Of a DNA stretch of 64,000 bases, positions 12,664 through 24,922 are shown piece by piece. The position numbers and the translations under genes are program-made. Each line of letters starts with the position of its first letter. Position 1 is the stretch's first letter. The DNA comes from Ramazzottius varieornatus (lineage: Eukaryota > Animalia > Tardigrada): the NCBI GenBank assembly GCA_001949185.1, contig BDGG01000014.1, positions 403,378 to 467,377 on the forward strand, given 5' to 3'. A model generated the notes under the pieces. The model saw only the letters and a list, made by a program, of their open reading frames with translations. It searched no databases and was not told where the DNA came from.

Positions 12664-14116
12664 TATGTCGTATCCTCTTTGGAAATTCTGGGCTTTAACT
12701 TTCATTAACAATTTCGCGTGCATCGGTCGGTGAACCCAAACGCAACCTTATTTTGCGCCCATCACAACACAAGTATTCGGAACTTTTCCGTACACCATTT
12801 CGCTGTCCCATTCAGAAGCTTTTGCCGAACTTATTCGTGCCACGTTACCCTCAGTTTTTCACATATCGTTACCAGCTCTCACGGACAGTCGAACTTTCAT
12901 TCGGCTAATGATCAAATGAAAACAAAAGGCAGAAGAGAGCGATCGTTAGGTGGATAGCTAAAGTATTGATAGCTAGAAAATCCACAACGAACCATGGATG
13001 AACAAGTAATGCTGTCGATCAGAAGAGAATGGTCCCGTACCTGGAACCCTGAAAACAGTTTCTCCTAACGTACTCTTTCTCCTAACTGACAAACCTAACA
13101 GCCTCGAACCGAAGAACTCTTGCCCCGAAAAATCCAAGCCAGCCCCGAATACCGCTTTCCCCTAAAGGCCTCGAACCCGAACAACTTCGACCCCGCGCGA
13201 GGAACCGCGGACCCGAAGACCACCCTCTCCAAAGAACGCTTTCCACTATACACGGTTTCTGAGAAGCCCCTAATCATTGCACCGTCACTAATCTTTAATG
13301 ACTGCGCCAGACGGCGCTATCTCGGACCCTAACAAACCTAGATTTCCCTCATCCCTGGACGCAGTGCAGGCTATACTGTAAGCACGGTGATAAGCTGCGG
13401 CACAAGCAGAGAGCAGCACTGCACAGCGAACAAATAATACGTGACGTATTATTTACATTGTTGGCTGAAAATGTGTTTTGTGGTCCAACAGATGATCCAG
13501 CACAGTGCTGCGCGTGTTGTCAGCGATGTTGAATGCTGAGGCGAGATCCATTTGACCGATCCAACAGTTGTACGGCAATGACCAATGACCAGCTGCTTAA
13601 TTATGCCGGACTACTGCCGGTACCGCAATTACTGCTCGGAATCTGAATGTGCATTACGGTACCGCAGACACCGCAGTGTTCCACGTGCAAATCTCCGTCA
13701 AAGTTGTGCAAAGGGCCGGTTCTCCGAAGTCGAAGCCCATCCGCCGCTGTAGGAAGCGCTCGTAGGCCTGCCCAAAAGGTGGAGCAATTCACCTGCATGC
13801 ACCATGAGCCGAAACTAGGCAGACAGAGCATAATATCAGGTGCGGAAGCATGACTTGTTACTAGCGAAGACACCCCAACGTCAAAAACTCATTCTTAAAC
13901 TTTCGCCCGTCTGTCCTAAACGGTTTTTCAGTCACTCTGTCATCTCTTTGCCATTCAATCAACGCAAGTCTCTCAGATTTAGAGTAGGGCGGGAATGATT
14001 TTTGCATGGGTCATGGATAACCAAAATTCTGGACGATTGCAGTGTTTGAATTTTCTTAAAGCGTCAACGCATCTCACCGCCGCAAAGATATGCTTCTTTT
14101 ATCGCAGTGAAGCAGA

Positions 14117-14490
14117 TATAGTGTACGAAAATTCGCCGTGAAAAACGGGCGGGACTATTTATTGAGCCAGTTAAAACACAAATTGAAGCGAAGAGGACCA
14201 TGACAGTCCAACCGTGTCCATTGAACCTTACCATCAATACGAGATCCGAGCACCTTTGTTCAGAATGCACACGTTGCAACGTCTAGCTAAACATCAACGG
14301 ATCAATAGGCTTTCCGATGATCTCAAATCCGTACCTTATCTACGGTTCTCTAAAAGCGTAAATGAAGAAGTACCAGTTTATTTACGTCTAATCAATAGGG
14401 AATCAAGCAGTCTTCGATGGGGCCGACCAGATCTAGACCCCGCCTGCCCATCCTCCCCTTTTTTCACGGCTAATTTTCGCGTACACTGTA
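14117..14490. mobile_element. TA-flanked Tc1/mariner-type MITE (family A)
   Basis: tatagtgtacgaaaattcgccgtgaaaaa ... tttttcacggctaattttcgcgtacactgta; TIR related to 15171-15346. Confidence 0.7.
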
Positions 14491-15170
14491 TCAATTGAAC
14501 CATAGGAGGTTGAGTAGATCTCATCCGCTCCGGAGATTTTTTGGTCGGTATTGACCCCTACTGAAGACCGAAATGGCAATTGGACAACACCATCCTCGCT
14601 CGACGAGAAAATTCCCTCAAAAAGAACGGGAAAAAATCTGGAAACCATTGGAATTCGTCAAGTCGAGCTAAGGAATTAAGTTGTATGGCGTTAATCTGAA
14701 CCTTTCAAACTGAAAGCATGGACCAACCGGTGGTAAGTTGTTTTGTTAGTACATCCCGGATGTTGCACGTCGAAGCCAACGCCTGACGTCACGGCAACCT
14801 TAGCCAGCATAGCGCAACATTAGCCGGTATTTCGCTGCTGCTGCTTGGTGCGCATAGCAAAATGCTGGCTGAATCTGCGGTTGCTGGTTGCTTGGCCGAT
14901 GTTTTGTGTTACAGTACATCGGGATCATACACAATGCTCTGCAATTTTATACCAGCCGAGAGTCAACAGGAGAAAACATCTCGGATCACGAACGCTGAAA
15001 CACTGCATTACGCGTCGAGTATTAGCAACGATGGAACCAGAAAACTGCTTCTGAGCTGATTCTTCTACGCGAGTAATTGAACCTGGTCTGTGGCTTGCTT
15101 GTTTCAACCGTAGCTTACCGGCAGGGCACTCAAAGAACTGTTACTATAAAGGTTCGCTGCATCTGGCAAC

Positions 15171-15346
15171 TACGGTGCACGCGAAAATTAACCGTCGATA
15201 CTGGGCGTAACGTTCTAACTGGAGCTTATTTGTGGTCTAATCAATAACCTATATTGCTTGATACATGAGGAAATTTCATTGCCTATTCCCATCTCTTGGC
15301 TCCATCCAACGCCCATTTTTGACGGTTAATTTTCGCGTGCACTGTA
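15171..15346. mobile_element. TA-flanked Tc1/mariner-type MITE (family A)
   Basis: ~38 bp TIRs: tacggtgcacgcgaaaattaaccgtcgatactgggcgt / acgcccatttttgacggttaattttcgcgtgcactgta. Confidence 0.85.
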
Positions 15347-16122
15347 CGTCAGAGTATTTGTAGATCAGCCCCATGGGCGGTGGAACTTGATCGTTTCACC
15401 ACCCTGTGGAAATTTCCCGTACGTGCACGTACTGTGCCGTATGCAGTGAAGTTTTACAACATTTTCGATCGCTTACGAATGTGTCATTTTAACACCTTGA
15501 GCACTGCGCGATTTCGTGCTTTGAGAATACGATGCGGGAAAGTCACTTTCGCGGTGTTTCAACTGGTTAAAACTTGGGAGCGGTGCCAAATTAGACCAAT
15601 CACCACCTCATAGATTGGCCAAAATTTTGGAATATGAAGTAGAGTACGCCACCTGCCAACTCAAAACGGCCAGGCTTCAAGGTTTTCTACTGACCACTGG
15701 GCAGATATTTCCACGAATCTGAAACTGCTGCAAGATACTAAAATGTTTGGGCTCGCGCAACAAATATTTTGGTGACTCTGGACTAACTGAGAGCCTGACT
15801 GGAGTAATTTGCTGGCGACGCCGAAATCCCGTTGAGAGAGGAAAAAGATTCCGCACAGGTTTTGCAGAGCCAGTGTCCAGTAGCCGCTAGTTTTAGTTTC
15901 AAGAAGAGTTGATTGTCCGGGCAAACGGAAAAAAAAACGGGGAGCAAAAGGTGAACTGGAAACTCGCTACGCACAAATGAGTGTGCGCCGGGATAGTGAG
16001 TTTCCCGCTCCGTGCTCAAGGTGTCAACTTCTAAACGCTGGCTGCAGAAAAAACCACATCGTTGCTGCCGGAAATTATCTTGATCTGATCCGGGTTCCAC
16101 TAGGCAGCAGCTGGGAAATAGG

Positions 16123-18714
16123 TCACCATTTCGAAGTCGCTGGCAAAGGATCTTCGAAGAACGCTGATAGTACGCATCTGCTGGACCTCGTGAGTGACCT
16201 CGAAATGAAGTTGAGCAAATCCTCCCACGCACTGTAAGCTTCGTCTGTCAATTGATCCCCGAGGAAAAATTCTGCTGTATTGAGTCGACTATCCGCGTAC
16301 CACTACAGGATGTCTATAGGTCAGCCATTAAGCACTCGTTAATATCGCTAGACTACAGCATGCTTACCGCCCAGAACGCCACAGTATATGTCGAGGATCC
16401 TCGTGGGCGAGTGTAAGAGCTGTACCTGTTGTCACTGAATGATTCTATGGATCGCTGGAACACACCCAGGTCAAAAGTCGTCAGTCCGATAACGTGCTGA
16501 TCAACGAACCTGTGCGTAAAAGTCCCAGTTCAACAGCACAGCTAAGGGTGATTACTAGAATTCAGCGCAGAAGCAAGCCCACTTACGGGGACACATTGCT
16601 GACCGACTAGACCAACACTGGATTATCAAAGAGCAGATCGGGCTTCTTGTATTCGTATCCGTAGGCATACTGATCGACGGGTGTTTCTGGCTGGTTTATT
16701 TCAGTCCGGTTCACCCCGGTTGGTCCCACAGTCTCAAGCGTCTCCGGATGCCAGGTGATGATTCTGCGTGGAATCGACTGATAACTAATTCGACTTTCTA
16801 GCATATTTTTGTGATGCACAGGTCATCGAACAGAACATGCTTGAGTGCTCACGTCGCCACTACCTGCACGAGAAACGGAACATATCCGTTCGTCGTCGAA
16901 ACTCCCGTCACGTTCGCGGCAGCGGCTTTAGCTTTGTCCCAGGTTTGTTTGGCCAACTGAAGCTGTTCGTGGGTCATGCCTGTAAAGGGATCGACAGCTT
17001 TTCCTACCGTGGCCGAAAAGGATGGAATCGTCAGAGACGGGGCTCCTGCTGCCGGTCTTGGCTCTCGCGGCAGAACGGTTGAAGGTGTGACCACCACGAC
17101 TGTCGGAGGTGCATTCTGCCGGAACTCTACAGTGATATGGTCGCCTTCCGGTGATACCTCCAATTCACGGATTCTTGACTGCAGGCTTGCCATCGGCGTC
17201 GACCGTGTTGGGCCGACATGTGGCGATATCGGTAAAGTTGTAAAAGCTATTGGACTGAAGAGGATACAAAACTTCAATAGGAAGATAGGTGAGGACGCTG
17301 GGAGATTTTGTCAGGGCAAATGGTGTGCAGCGCTTGTAGTAGCCGATGGCGTAAAGATCGGCCACTGCAGTTAGCCGCCAAGTAATGGAGCGGAAGACGC
17401 TATAGAAGGCCGATCCTATTTCTAGTGTGTAAGCATCCCCCAGAAAATAGCCGGTGGTGGCGCTCAAATTCGTTGCTAGTCGCTGCCGGAGACAAAGTTA
17501 CCATCATCTGAAATTTTGTTTCAGGGTTGTATGAGACGATGAACTTACCAAATAGTGTTTGATGATGTCCTTCTGTGAGTCTCCAAAGGCCCAGTTCCTC
17601 AAGTAACTTTCGTATGCGACGTCGTCGTCTTGTTTCGTGTACCCCACTGCGTGATTCAATATGTACACGTCAAATTTACCCAGAAGTGGAATATTGGAGA
17701 AATCGAGCTGATTTATCCATGGATAGATTTCTGACCTGGGTCTCTTTCTACTAGATGAACTAGAAATACCAAAGTTGTTAACCATCCATCATGCGTCGTT
17801 ACTGATTTATCAGACAAACAGTCCTCCAGTGCCAAAACCGAGCAAACGGGATGTACTTAAATAATAGGCGATCCAGAGTCCTAGGGAGCAGCAAAATTAG
17901 ACAATTAGTTTTCTGGTTATTAGCGTGTCTAAGACAGCATGTGCACCCATCCTCTTGCGGCGAGTTCGTTTAGAAGATTCTGGACCGCTTCTCCTTCAAA
18001 ATTAAGATGAAATGTGGCAGCGTACCTTCCAAATCGGCAGGCTTGAATTTCGGCTTCTGTGTCACTCCAATATGATTTTGCGACTGTGACTCCATCCTAA
18101 ACATCACCCGGAATGTTGAAATCGAGCCATGAAAAACTGTTATGCTGATGACGATGTAAGTACAGTGTGTAACCTTGTCGTATGCATTGACGGATGGAAG
18201 TCCGATGGCCAGTGCACTTTGTGGGTACCACAGGGTTAGTCTGACAACGACAGCAACACGGCACACAGTTTTCGATCGCTGTACAGTCGCTTCAAAGGGA
18301 CCTTACACATCGAGCAGTAATAGGCATGAAAATGTTTGGTTGAATTTTCACCAAGGCTTACATGTAGTAGGCTTGTTTCCCGAAACTGCGCGCTCCTTCG
18401 CTTAAGACGGTGTCCGAAGCATTGGCTGCAGCTTGCAGCACTTTAGCTCATTGTGTCTTGACAATATCCAGCTGCTGGTACGATATACCCGATAAATAGT
18501 CAAACGGACGGTTGTTTGTGGATGCGAAAGAGCTGTTGGTCGTAACCGCAGTGGCACCCGCAGCAGGAATCGGTTTCGATAGCGTAAGGCTGGCTGGGGT
18601 GCTAGACGTCTCTTCTGCAGTGGTGTTCTGCTGTATCGTGACGGCGAACAAGCTAGAAGCTAAAAGTATTCCCAGCAAGCAGGAATGGTGGCAAGACGTG
18701 CGATGGGTTTCCAT
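16123..18714 (-). pseudogene. Secreted di-domain globin-like gene carrying nonsense/frameshift lesions
   Basis: Exons 18714-18362, 18240-18174, 18096-18026, 17880-17770, 17707-17549, 17482-16853, 16763-16587, 16509-16368, 16302-16123. Signal peptide, then two repeats with globin A-helix (GISYQQLDIVKTQ*AKV / GMTHEQLQLAKQTWDKA), B-C region (FGKQAYYI|LTLWYPQ / FLVQVVAT|IITWHPE) and G-H region (HYL|RLATNLSATTGYFLGDAYTLEIGSAFYSVFRSI / FWA|WYADSRLNTAEFFLGDQLTDEAYSAWEDLLNFI). In-frame TGA 18448-18450, TAG 16607-16609, frameshift in exon 4, and a frame break near 17165. Confidence 0.75.
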
Positions 18715-18856
18715 CACGAGAGGCTATTTTGACTACCTGAAGTACCACACAAAACTCAACTGAGTTTGAATATTGGCGTTCCGTCTATCAAATCACCCAT
18801 CTAAGGCAAGACGAAGAATTTGCTTATTCTTCTAGCTTTCTCAATGAGCGCGCTAT

Positions 18857-19468
18857 GCAAAAAAATCTTTGACCGACGATCATTCAAAGCTCCATCTCGA
18901 ATAAGCAATCATACGATACAACGGACTTGATCACGAACCTGCGAGATCGCTGGCCTAAAAAAGGCTTCGCAAAGCGCGTTCGTTGAGAGAGCGAAATAAG
19001 AATAGGCGTGATTCTTCCTTTCGATTAAGCGGTCAGTCAGCTTGAGGCCAACGCTAACAAAATTGTTATATTTTACAAATTCGGAATAAATTTTTTTTAT
19101 TATGTATTACAAATTCGGAATAATTTTTTCGGGTAATGGTTATCCATATCTCCGTCAAGTAGTAGTTTAATCGAATCCTCAAAACTGGTTTACTGTATGG
19201 AACTATACGCGAGACGGCTAAATAGCCGATGCTGAAAGTTGCGAAACTGTTGTCCACATTTCGTCAGCGTTGGCCTCAAGCTGACTGACCGCTTAATCGA
19301 AAGGAAGAATCACGCCTATTCTTATTTCGCTCTCTTAACGAACGCGCTTTGCGAAGCCTTTTTTAAGCCAGCGATCTCGCAGGTTCGTGATCAAGTCCGT
19401 TTGTATCGTATAATTGCTTATTCGAGATGGAGCTTCGAATGATCATGGGTTATGGATCTTGTTTTGCC
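18857..19468. repeat. Foldback / long inverted repeat (~185 bp near-identical arms, ~195 bp AT-rich spacer)
   Basis: 18879-19060 is the near-perfect reverse complement of 19261-19445; weaker similarity extends to ~18857 and ~19468. Confidence 0.92.
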
Positions 19469-19659
19469 AAAACGGATGTATGTATTTTTTAAAGCGCCGG
19501 CGAAAGTAAAAAATTCTTTTCACCAGGGAGGCCATAATCTTTAGAATTTCGCCCTGACTAAAAAACGGCTCGATCGGTTAACTATGAAGCTGAAGGGGAG
19601 CATCCTCGTGCTGAAACGAAAGACGATAGTGTATTGTACATCAGATGTGGCAAAAACCA

Positions 19660-20580
19660 AGGGCTCCTCTCACCACCGACACCACCGATCGGCTCATCTC
19701 ACCACCGGTTTTAATCGACACATCACCGATAGGCTCCTCTCACCACTCCCGATTGACTTTTTAATTAGATCAAATGTGCTGAGATTGACTAAAAAGTCAT
19801 GAGTTCACCACCACCACCGCGAAAGTGCTGTTTCTTGACACTATCGTTACCAAACATCCAGAAATGAGCTTTGGGTTTGCGAGAAACTTGCGGACGCATG
19901 TACTTAACAGTTCCAAGCGTTCAAAATGGCGAATCTTAAAGCATTGATCGCCCTAGGAGGGATTGCTAACGCCTGACCAACTGCATGATGAAAGATTCCG
20001 GGGACTTGACAAGACACGCACGTGTGTGCAAGTCCATCTCAATGGCGCGAACCACTTCCTGACCAGCATGTGGAATCCAGATTCACAAGATGTGAGCCTG
20101 TTCGACAGCTAGCCTAGCGTACCGTTAACCTGGCAGGTTGAGCACGAGCTATGGCTGTGCTATTCGGAAGGCGAGGAAGAACTTCGCTGTCGCAATGCGC
20201 CAGTACAAGACCAGGTGAACGGCGTGGACACCCGAGCTACAGCCAAACACCGATCGCAGGGTCGTCCCGGAAATTGTCGTCATAGAGTAGCTGTACTTAT
20301 TCATATGAGTGTGGATACTGTGGAACTTCTATGAGTCCTCCGTTACTGCACCCGCTGTTTTATTCCCCCTGAGAGATATCGTTCACATATTATACTACTG
20401 TAGTTCCGCGTATTTGCTTACTACCGTACTGTTCTTGGTGGTGTCTCGGTAACCATCAGCCGAAATAAAACTCTGGGTGGTGGTGCGATGAGCCGTGGAT
20501 GGTGTCAAAATTCTAGATGCAAGTGGTGATGAGAAGAGCCCATCGGTGGTATCGGTGGTGCCGGTGGTGAGAGGAGCCCT
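19660..20580. mobile_element. Non-autonomous DNA transposon with AGGGCTCCTCTCACCACCG TIRs and reiterated subterminal caccaccga motifs
   Basis: agggctcctctcaccaccgacaccaccgat at 19660 vs atcggtggtgccggtggtgagaggagccct ending at 20580; TSD not identified. Confidence 0.75.
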
Positions 20581-20709
20581 CTCCATCATTTTATTCTTCC
20601 TATCAACTCAAAGCGTATGTTTGTAGAAATTGAAATAAGGAAAAATAGGGAAAACATCAAAAGCAGGCAACGTGTAGAGGGAAAACGATATATTGGTTTG
20701 CTTTGGTTC

Positions 20710-22913
20710 TCAAACGAACTGTTCCGGCAAGCTGGAAAGCAGATTCAGAAACGATGAGACGTCGGCTTGTGTCCTGCCACCTTCAGCGACAGCTTGCTGC
20801 GCCTTGATTTGCATTGCCTTGATGTTCTTCTGAAACTCCCCTGTCTGCGACCAACGAACTGCCTGAACAATTTCTTCCGCTGGCACAACTCGCCCTCCGT
20901 CCATCCGCGTGTTTGGAATCAAAACCGCGAGACCTAAAAAAACAATCGAACTCTACGTTACAACGTCTGAGATATATCTTTTTTCCATTGACTCTATCAG
21001 ACCAGGTCGTGGCTACGTGCACGAATTTTCGCACGATCTTTAGTCTCCGTGAATACGACCATGAGTTTGTACAATGATCGAAGACGCTGGCTGACTGAGG
21101 AAGCGAAACATATTAATCCGATTATCTGAACCTTGTTCGCATGATTGGGGTAGAGTATTCAAGACTAAAAGCTTCGGTTTCGACCTCTGCGCTAAGTTGT
21201 TGCCCTTTTTACAACTGCCGAAAGCCACCACTTTGATGCATTGAACCCTCCGTTCTCAGATACTCCAGCTTTTATCCAGGTATACGGTATGGCGAAGAGC
21301 AGGTGGATAGGATCCGTGTATTTTTTCGCTTTCACGTGAAAGTGCACTCGCTTGTTTGCACTCTTCATACGAAGCAAAGCGTCACCCCGCTTCATGTTCG
21401 GGGAGATGGTTTGATTAGGCATACTGTCTGACGAACATCCTCATCAGTTCCTGCCAGTTCCCACCGCCTGTGTTGAAACCGTGATAACAATTAAAACAGG
21501 CTATTCGTGCACTGAGACCGAAATTCCTGTCGAAGTTCGTGCCCGGAGACAGAGGTCGGCACAGTTTCTGCACCGAGTCGGTACGATCAAACTTACCTTT
21601 GTTAGCCATCCATTGTCCATTCAGCGGCTGGTCGGCGAACATCGGCCAAGCAACCATAGGAACCCCACCAACGATGCCTTCCAGCGTGCTATTCCATCCC
21701 GCATGTGTTATGAATACTGCACAAGCCTCATGTCCGAGAACCGTCTTTTGAGGAGCCCAAGGCAGCACCAAAAACCGACTGTCTTGCCGCTCGAACTGAT
21801 CTTTCATCCCCTCCTGAAGTTCTTCCAGCAACATGGACTGATACTGCTTCCGCATCGACAGGATAAACGCCTTGTCCAGCATCAGCAGCGCTTTCGACAG
21901 TTCTCTGGTCTGATCTTCGTCCAGATATGCCAAGGAGCCGAAAGAGACGTAGACGACTGACTTTACCTCTTGTTTATCCATCCATGCGACAATCTTCTTT
22001 TCCATGGACTGCTTCCATGAACTGCTTGTCCGTTCTGCAGTGGGAAACAGCGGACCGACGCAGTAGACTGGAATATGAGCGGTTCGCGGGCTGACAGATA
22101 TTGTCTTTAGTGCAGTTTCGTCTGCTTCGCGGAACGTGTTGAACAAGATGGCGCTGGCCAGGGGTAAAGGATTGTTGACCATGAGGAGAAACTTTTTCAT
22201 CGTTTCGGTCAGTGGTTGATCATAGACACGGAAGTTGCTGATGGCGCTGCTGGCTAGTGCACCATCTCCGGCAGCTCCATCTGGAATGGCTGGAGTATCG
22301 CTGGTTACGTCGAGACCGCTGATGCCGGCTGAACAGTTGAAGACACATCCTGAAACCAACCAAAAGATCAAAGATCGGTAAATTTGTCTAAAACTTCATT
22401 GTCACCAACAAGAATAAGGCCAGCATGAATAAAAGGCTGACCTGGAATGCCGAGTTGGATGCAAATGGGAAGAACGATGGAACATAGGAAACGATCCAGG
22501 ACAATGGCATCGACGGGACGCCGGATAGCCAATGCCGTGTGCCCATTTTGTCGGTCAAGAATACCGTTCGAAGTGTTGTCTGCGTTGTGTATTGGCAGAG
22601 ACTTCAGCAAGGACGTCATGACGGGCTCCATCTGCTCGACCAGGTCCAGGACGCGTTTCAAGTCCGGAACGGACTTGTCGAACTGGAAAGCGACGCCGTC
22701 ATTCAGCGCCAAAACCTCCAGTTGATTATTCTGTTCCGTAGTCAGGACTTCTCGCTGACGAATCTCCTCCATCTTGTCTGAAGACACAATAAAGGTAACA
22801 TGGTGTTGTGCCGAAATCTTCTTGGCGAACTCGAGCAGTGGGATGATGTGACCGTAGGCGGGGATAGTCAAACATAGGACGTGCTTCTGCGGAGGCTGAG
22901 TGGGCTCAGGCAT
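20710..22913 (-). CDS. UDP-glycosyltransferase (GT1), plant-type with PSPG box; 3 exons
   Basis: Exons 22913-22442, 22349-21597, 20933-20710, all phase-compatible. AYGHIIP, SVVYVSFGS, and PSPG-like WAPQKTVLGHEACAVFITHAGWNSTLEGIVGGVPMVAWPMFADQ. No signal peptide or C-terminal TM. Confidence 0.93.
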
Positions 22914-24922
22914 TTTTTCTTGTCTGTTTCCCTGAGAAAAGCGTAAATCTAAATTTGAAATGCGGAATGATCTGTTTTCCAACAAAGCTAAGGCGAAGCA
23001 TTCTTTCAAGAAAATGTGCTGTTATATCCTCATGACTTCGTGAAAGTTCGTTTTGTCTTTCTTATCACACCTTGTTCGATCAGTTCAAACTGACCACATC
23101 GTGGTACAAGTGTCCACTTTCCAGGAAGTTACGCCTGCTGAACAAAAGATAAGCACGACTTGTCGTCTTTTACCCATCCTTTATAATCGAAATCGATGTA
23201 GGTTATCAGGCTCGATTACACATCATTTTCTCCGTGGTCACCAAGCAGTGAACCGCAAAGTGAGCATGACACTGCATTTCGAATATTCGAACTGGGCCTC
23301 CAGAAAAACAGCCTGTCGGTATTGCGTGGGTTATTTGCTTTCTCAGCGCACTACGTCTCGCAAGGGCACTGTATTTGCTTTTTTACCAGCCTTGCGCAAC
23401 GGTGGAAAAATGACTGATGGCTTCAGGGTAGAAGGCGCTCTTGTATATACGGAGTAACGCTAAACGACACTGTTATCATTTTGAGGTTGACCACAAAAGA
23501 ATGCCGAGAGGTAACCCGGTGTTTGCTTTTGCTCAGGTGGGCAAACATTCCATCTTTACCATAAATCTCACTCGTATCTATCCATTCTTTTCACACACGG
23601 CGCTATATTTGCCTGCTCCTTCAACAGAAAGCAACAACTCGCGTTAGATATCAAAACCATTGAAGAATCAAAACTCCAAAAACCAATTTGTCAGTTTTCA
23701 AATGCCACTTCTTCTCGCAAGGAATAGTCTTTTTGGATTTGATGGAATTTACTGTACAGGGCAAATCTTAAGATGGCGTCCAGACGTATTAGCGTACGCG
23801 CGTATCAGCATAATCAACTGGTAATGCGATCCACACCTGCATTGGCATAAATCTTGCAAGACATTAAGCGCATATCAAGTTTGACGAGACTGCTGAGTCT
23901 GAATTGAGCAGGGAGAGGTCGGTCGTCATGTCGTGTAATTACCATTTTAATGGGGTGGTCGAGTGATGCCCAGACAAAATAAATAAACAGGCGTTTATGA
24001 TCAGCAAAGCCATTTCTCCTCTTTCTTCCAGCAACCACCTTACCGCTCTTTCGGCTTCGCCTCACCGCATGTCAAGAGGCCATCTGAAGCGACGTGTGTC
24101 GCGTCTCCTCGGGCACCACAAGGGCCGTCGGCTCTCGTCGGCGGTTAGAACTGTTGTAATGTGCGATAAAAGATGCAAATAGACGTCCTTCACTATTCAC
24201 CAGACTTTCACCTTGCCACTTAAAATTTCACCTGTGGAAATATGAGCACTCAAAGACTGCGGGTCCAATAAGGAAATACAAATCGTAAAGTCTGCCTTTG
24301 TCTTGCCTGTCAGTGCTCGTAGTAAAAAGGGCATTCCTGAGTCAAACTGTGGTCCAGCTTACGTAACAACCTCCTGGTTCAGGTCTTTCGCGTTTGCCGA
24401 TTGATGCTAAATTATAAAAAAAACATGGACCCGGCTTCCTGTTCTGTTTTGGTGTGCTGGATCATAGATAATCTATGATCCAGAAAATTTGGGACAATGT
24501 TCGGCTGCATTCTGGTTAATTTGCTGCGGTTCATCCAGACTGAAGCATTTCGTACTGTAAAATTTTATGGCCTGAATGGGGGTGTATTTTATGAAAGTTC
24601 CAAATTATTCTAAACGTTTACAGTAGTATACCGAAATAGTTCATCTATCAAAATAACCAAATAAGGCGCCTAGAAATACTGCAAAGTCGTCAAGAACGAG
24701 AAAAAGGCGTCTGTCGACACCGGTTTTCTAACGAAATAAAAATTTCTCCAAATGAGCAAAAAGGTAGGAACTTTGAAAGCAGAAAACAACGTTTTGTACA
24801 GCGAGAACGCAACGAAACTCCATCTTGATCGCACTATCCATTTCCTCGTTAATCTTTGGCGCTGACCTGTCCCATTTTGCCACCACAGCTCCGTGACAGA
24901 AGTCAAATGGCCGATGGTCAGA

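Noticed and set aside
13040-13350. C/A-skewed degenerate cgaacc/cccga repeats
   Set aside because: Probably a decayed repeat, but I could not define unit, ends or family.
18448-18450. In-frame TGA in the globin-like gene as selenocysteine or genetic-code reassignment
   Set aside because: It aligns with a conserved Trp rather than Cys, the same gene also has a TAG and frameshifts, and neighbouring genes use TGA as a normal stop.
23990-24410. Possible downstream NTR-domain exons of the meteorin-like gene
   Set aside because: Candidate splice-bounded segments translate without CRPC/CTSDF-like motifs and hit stops.
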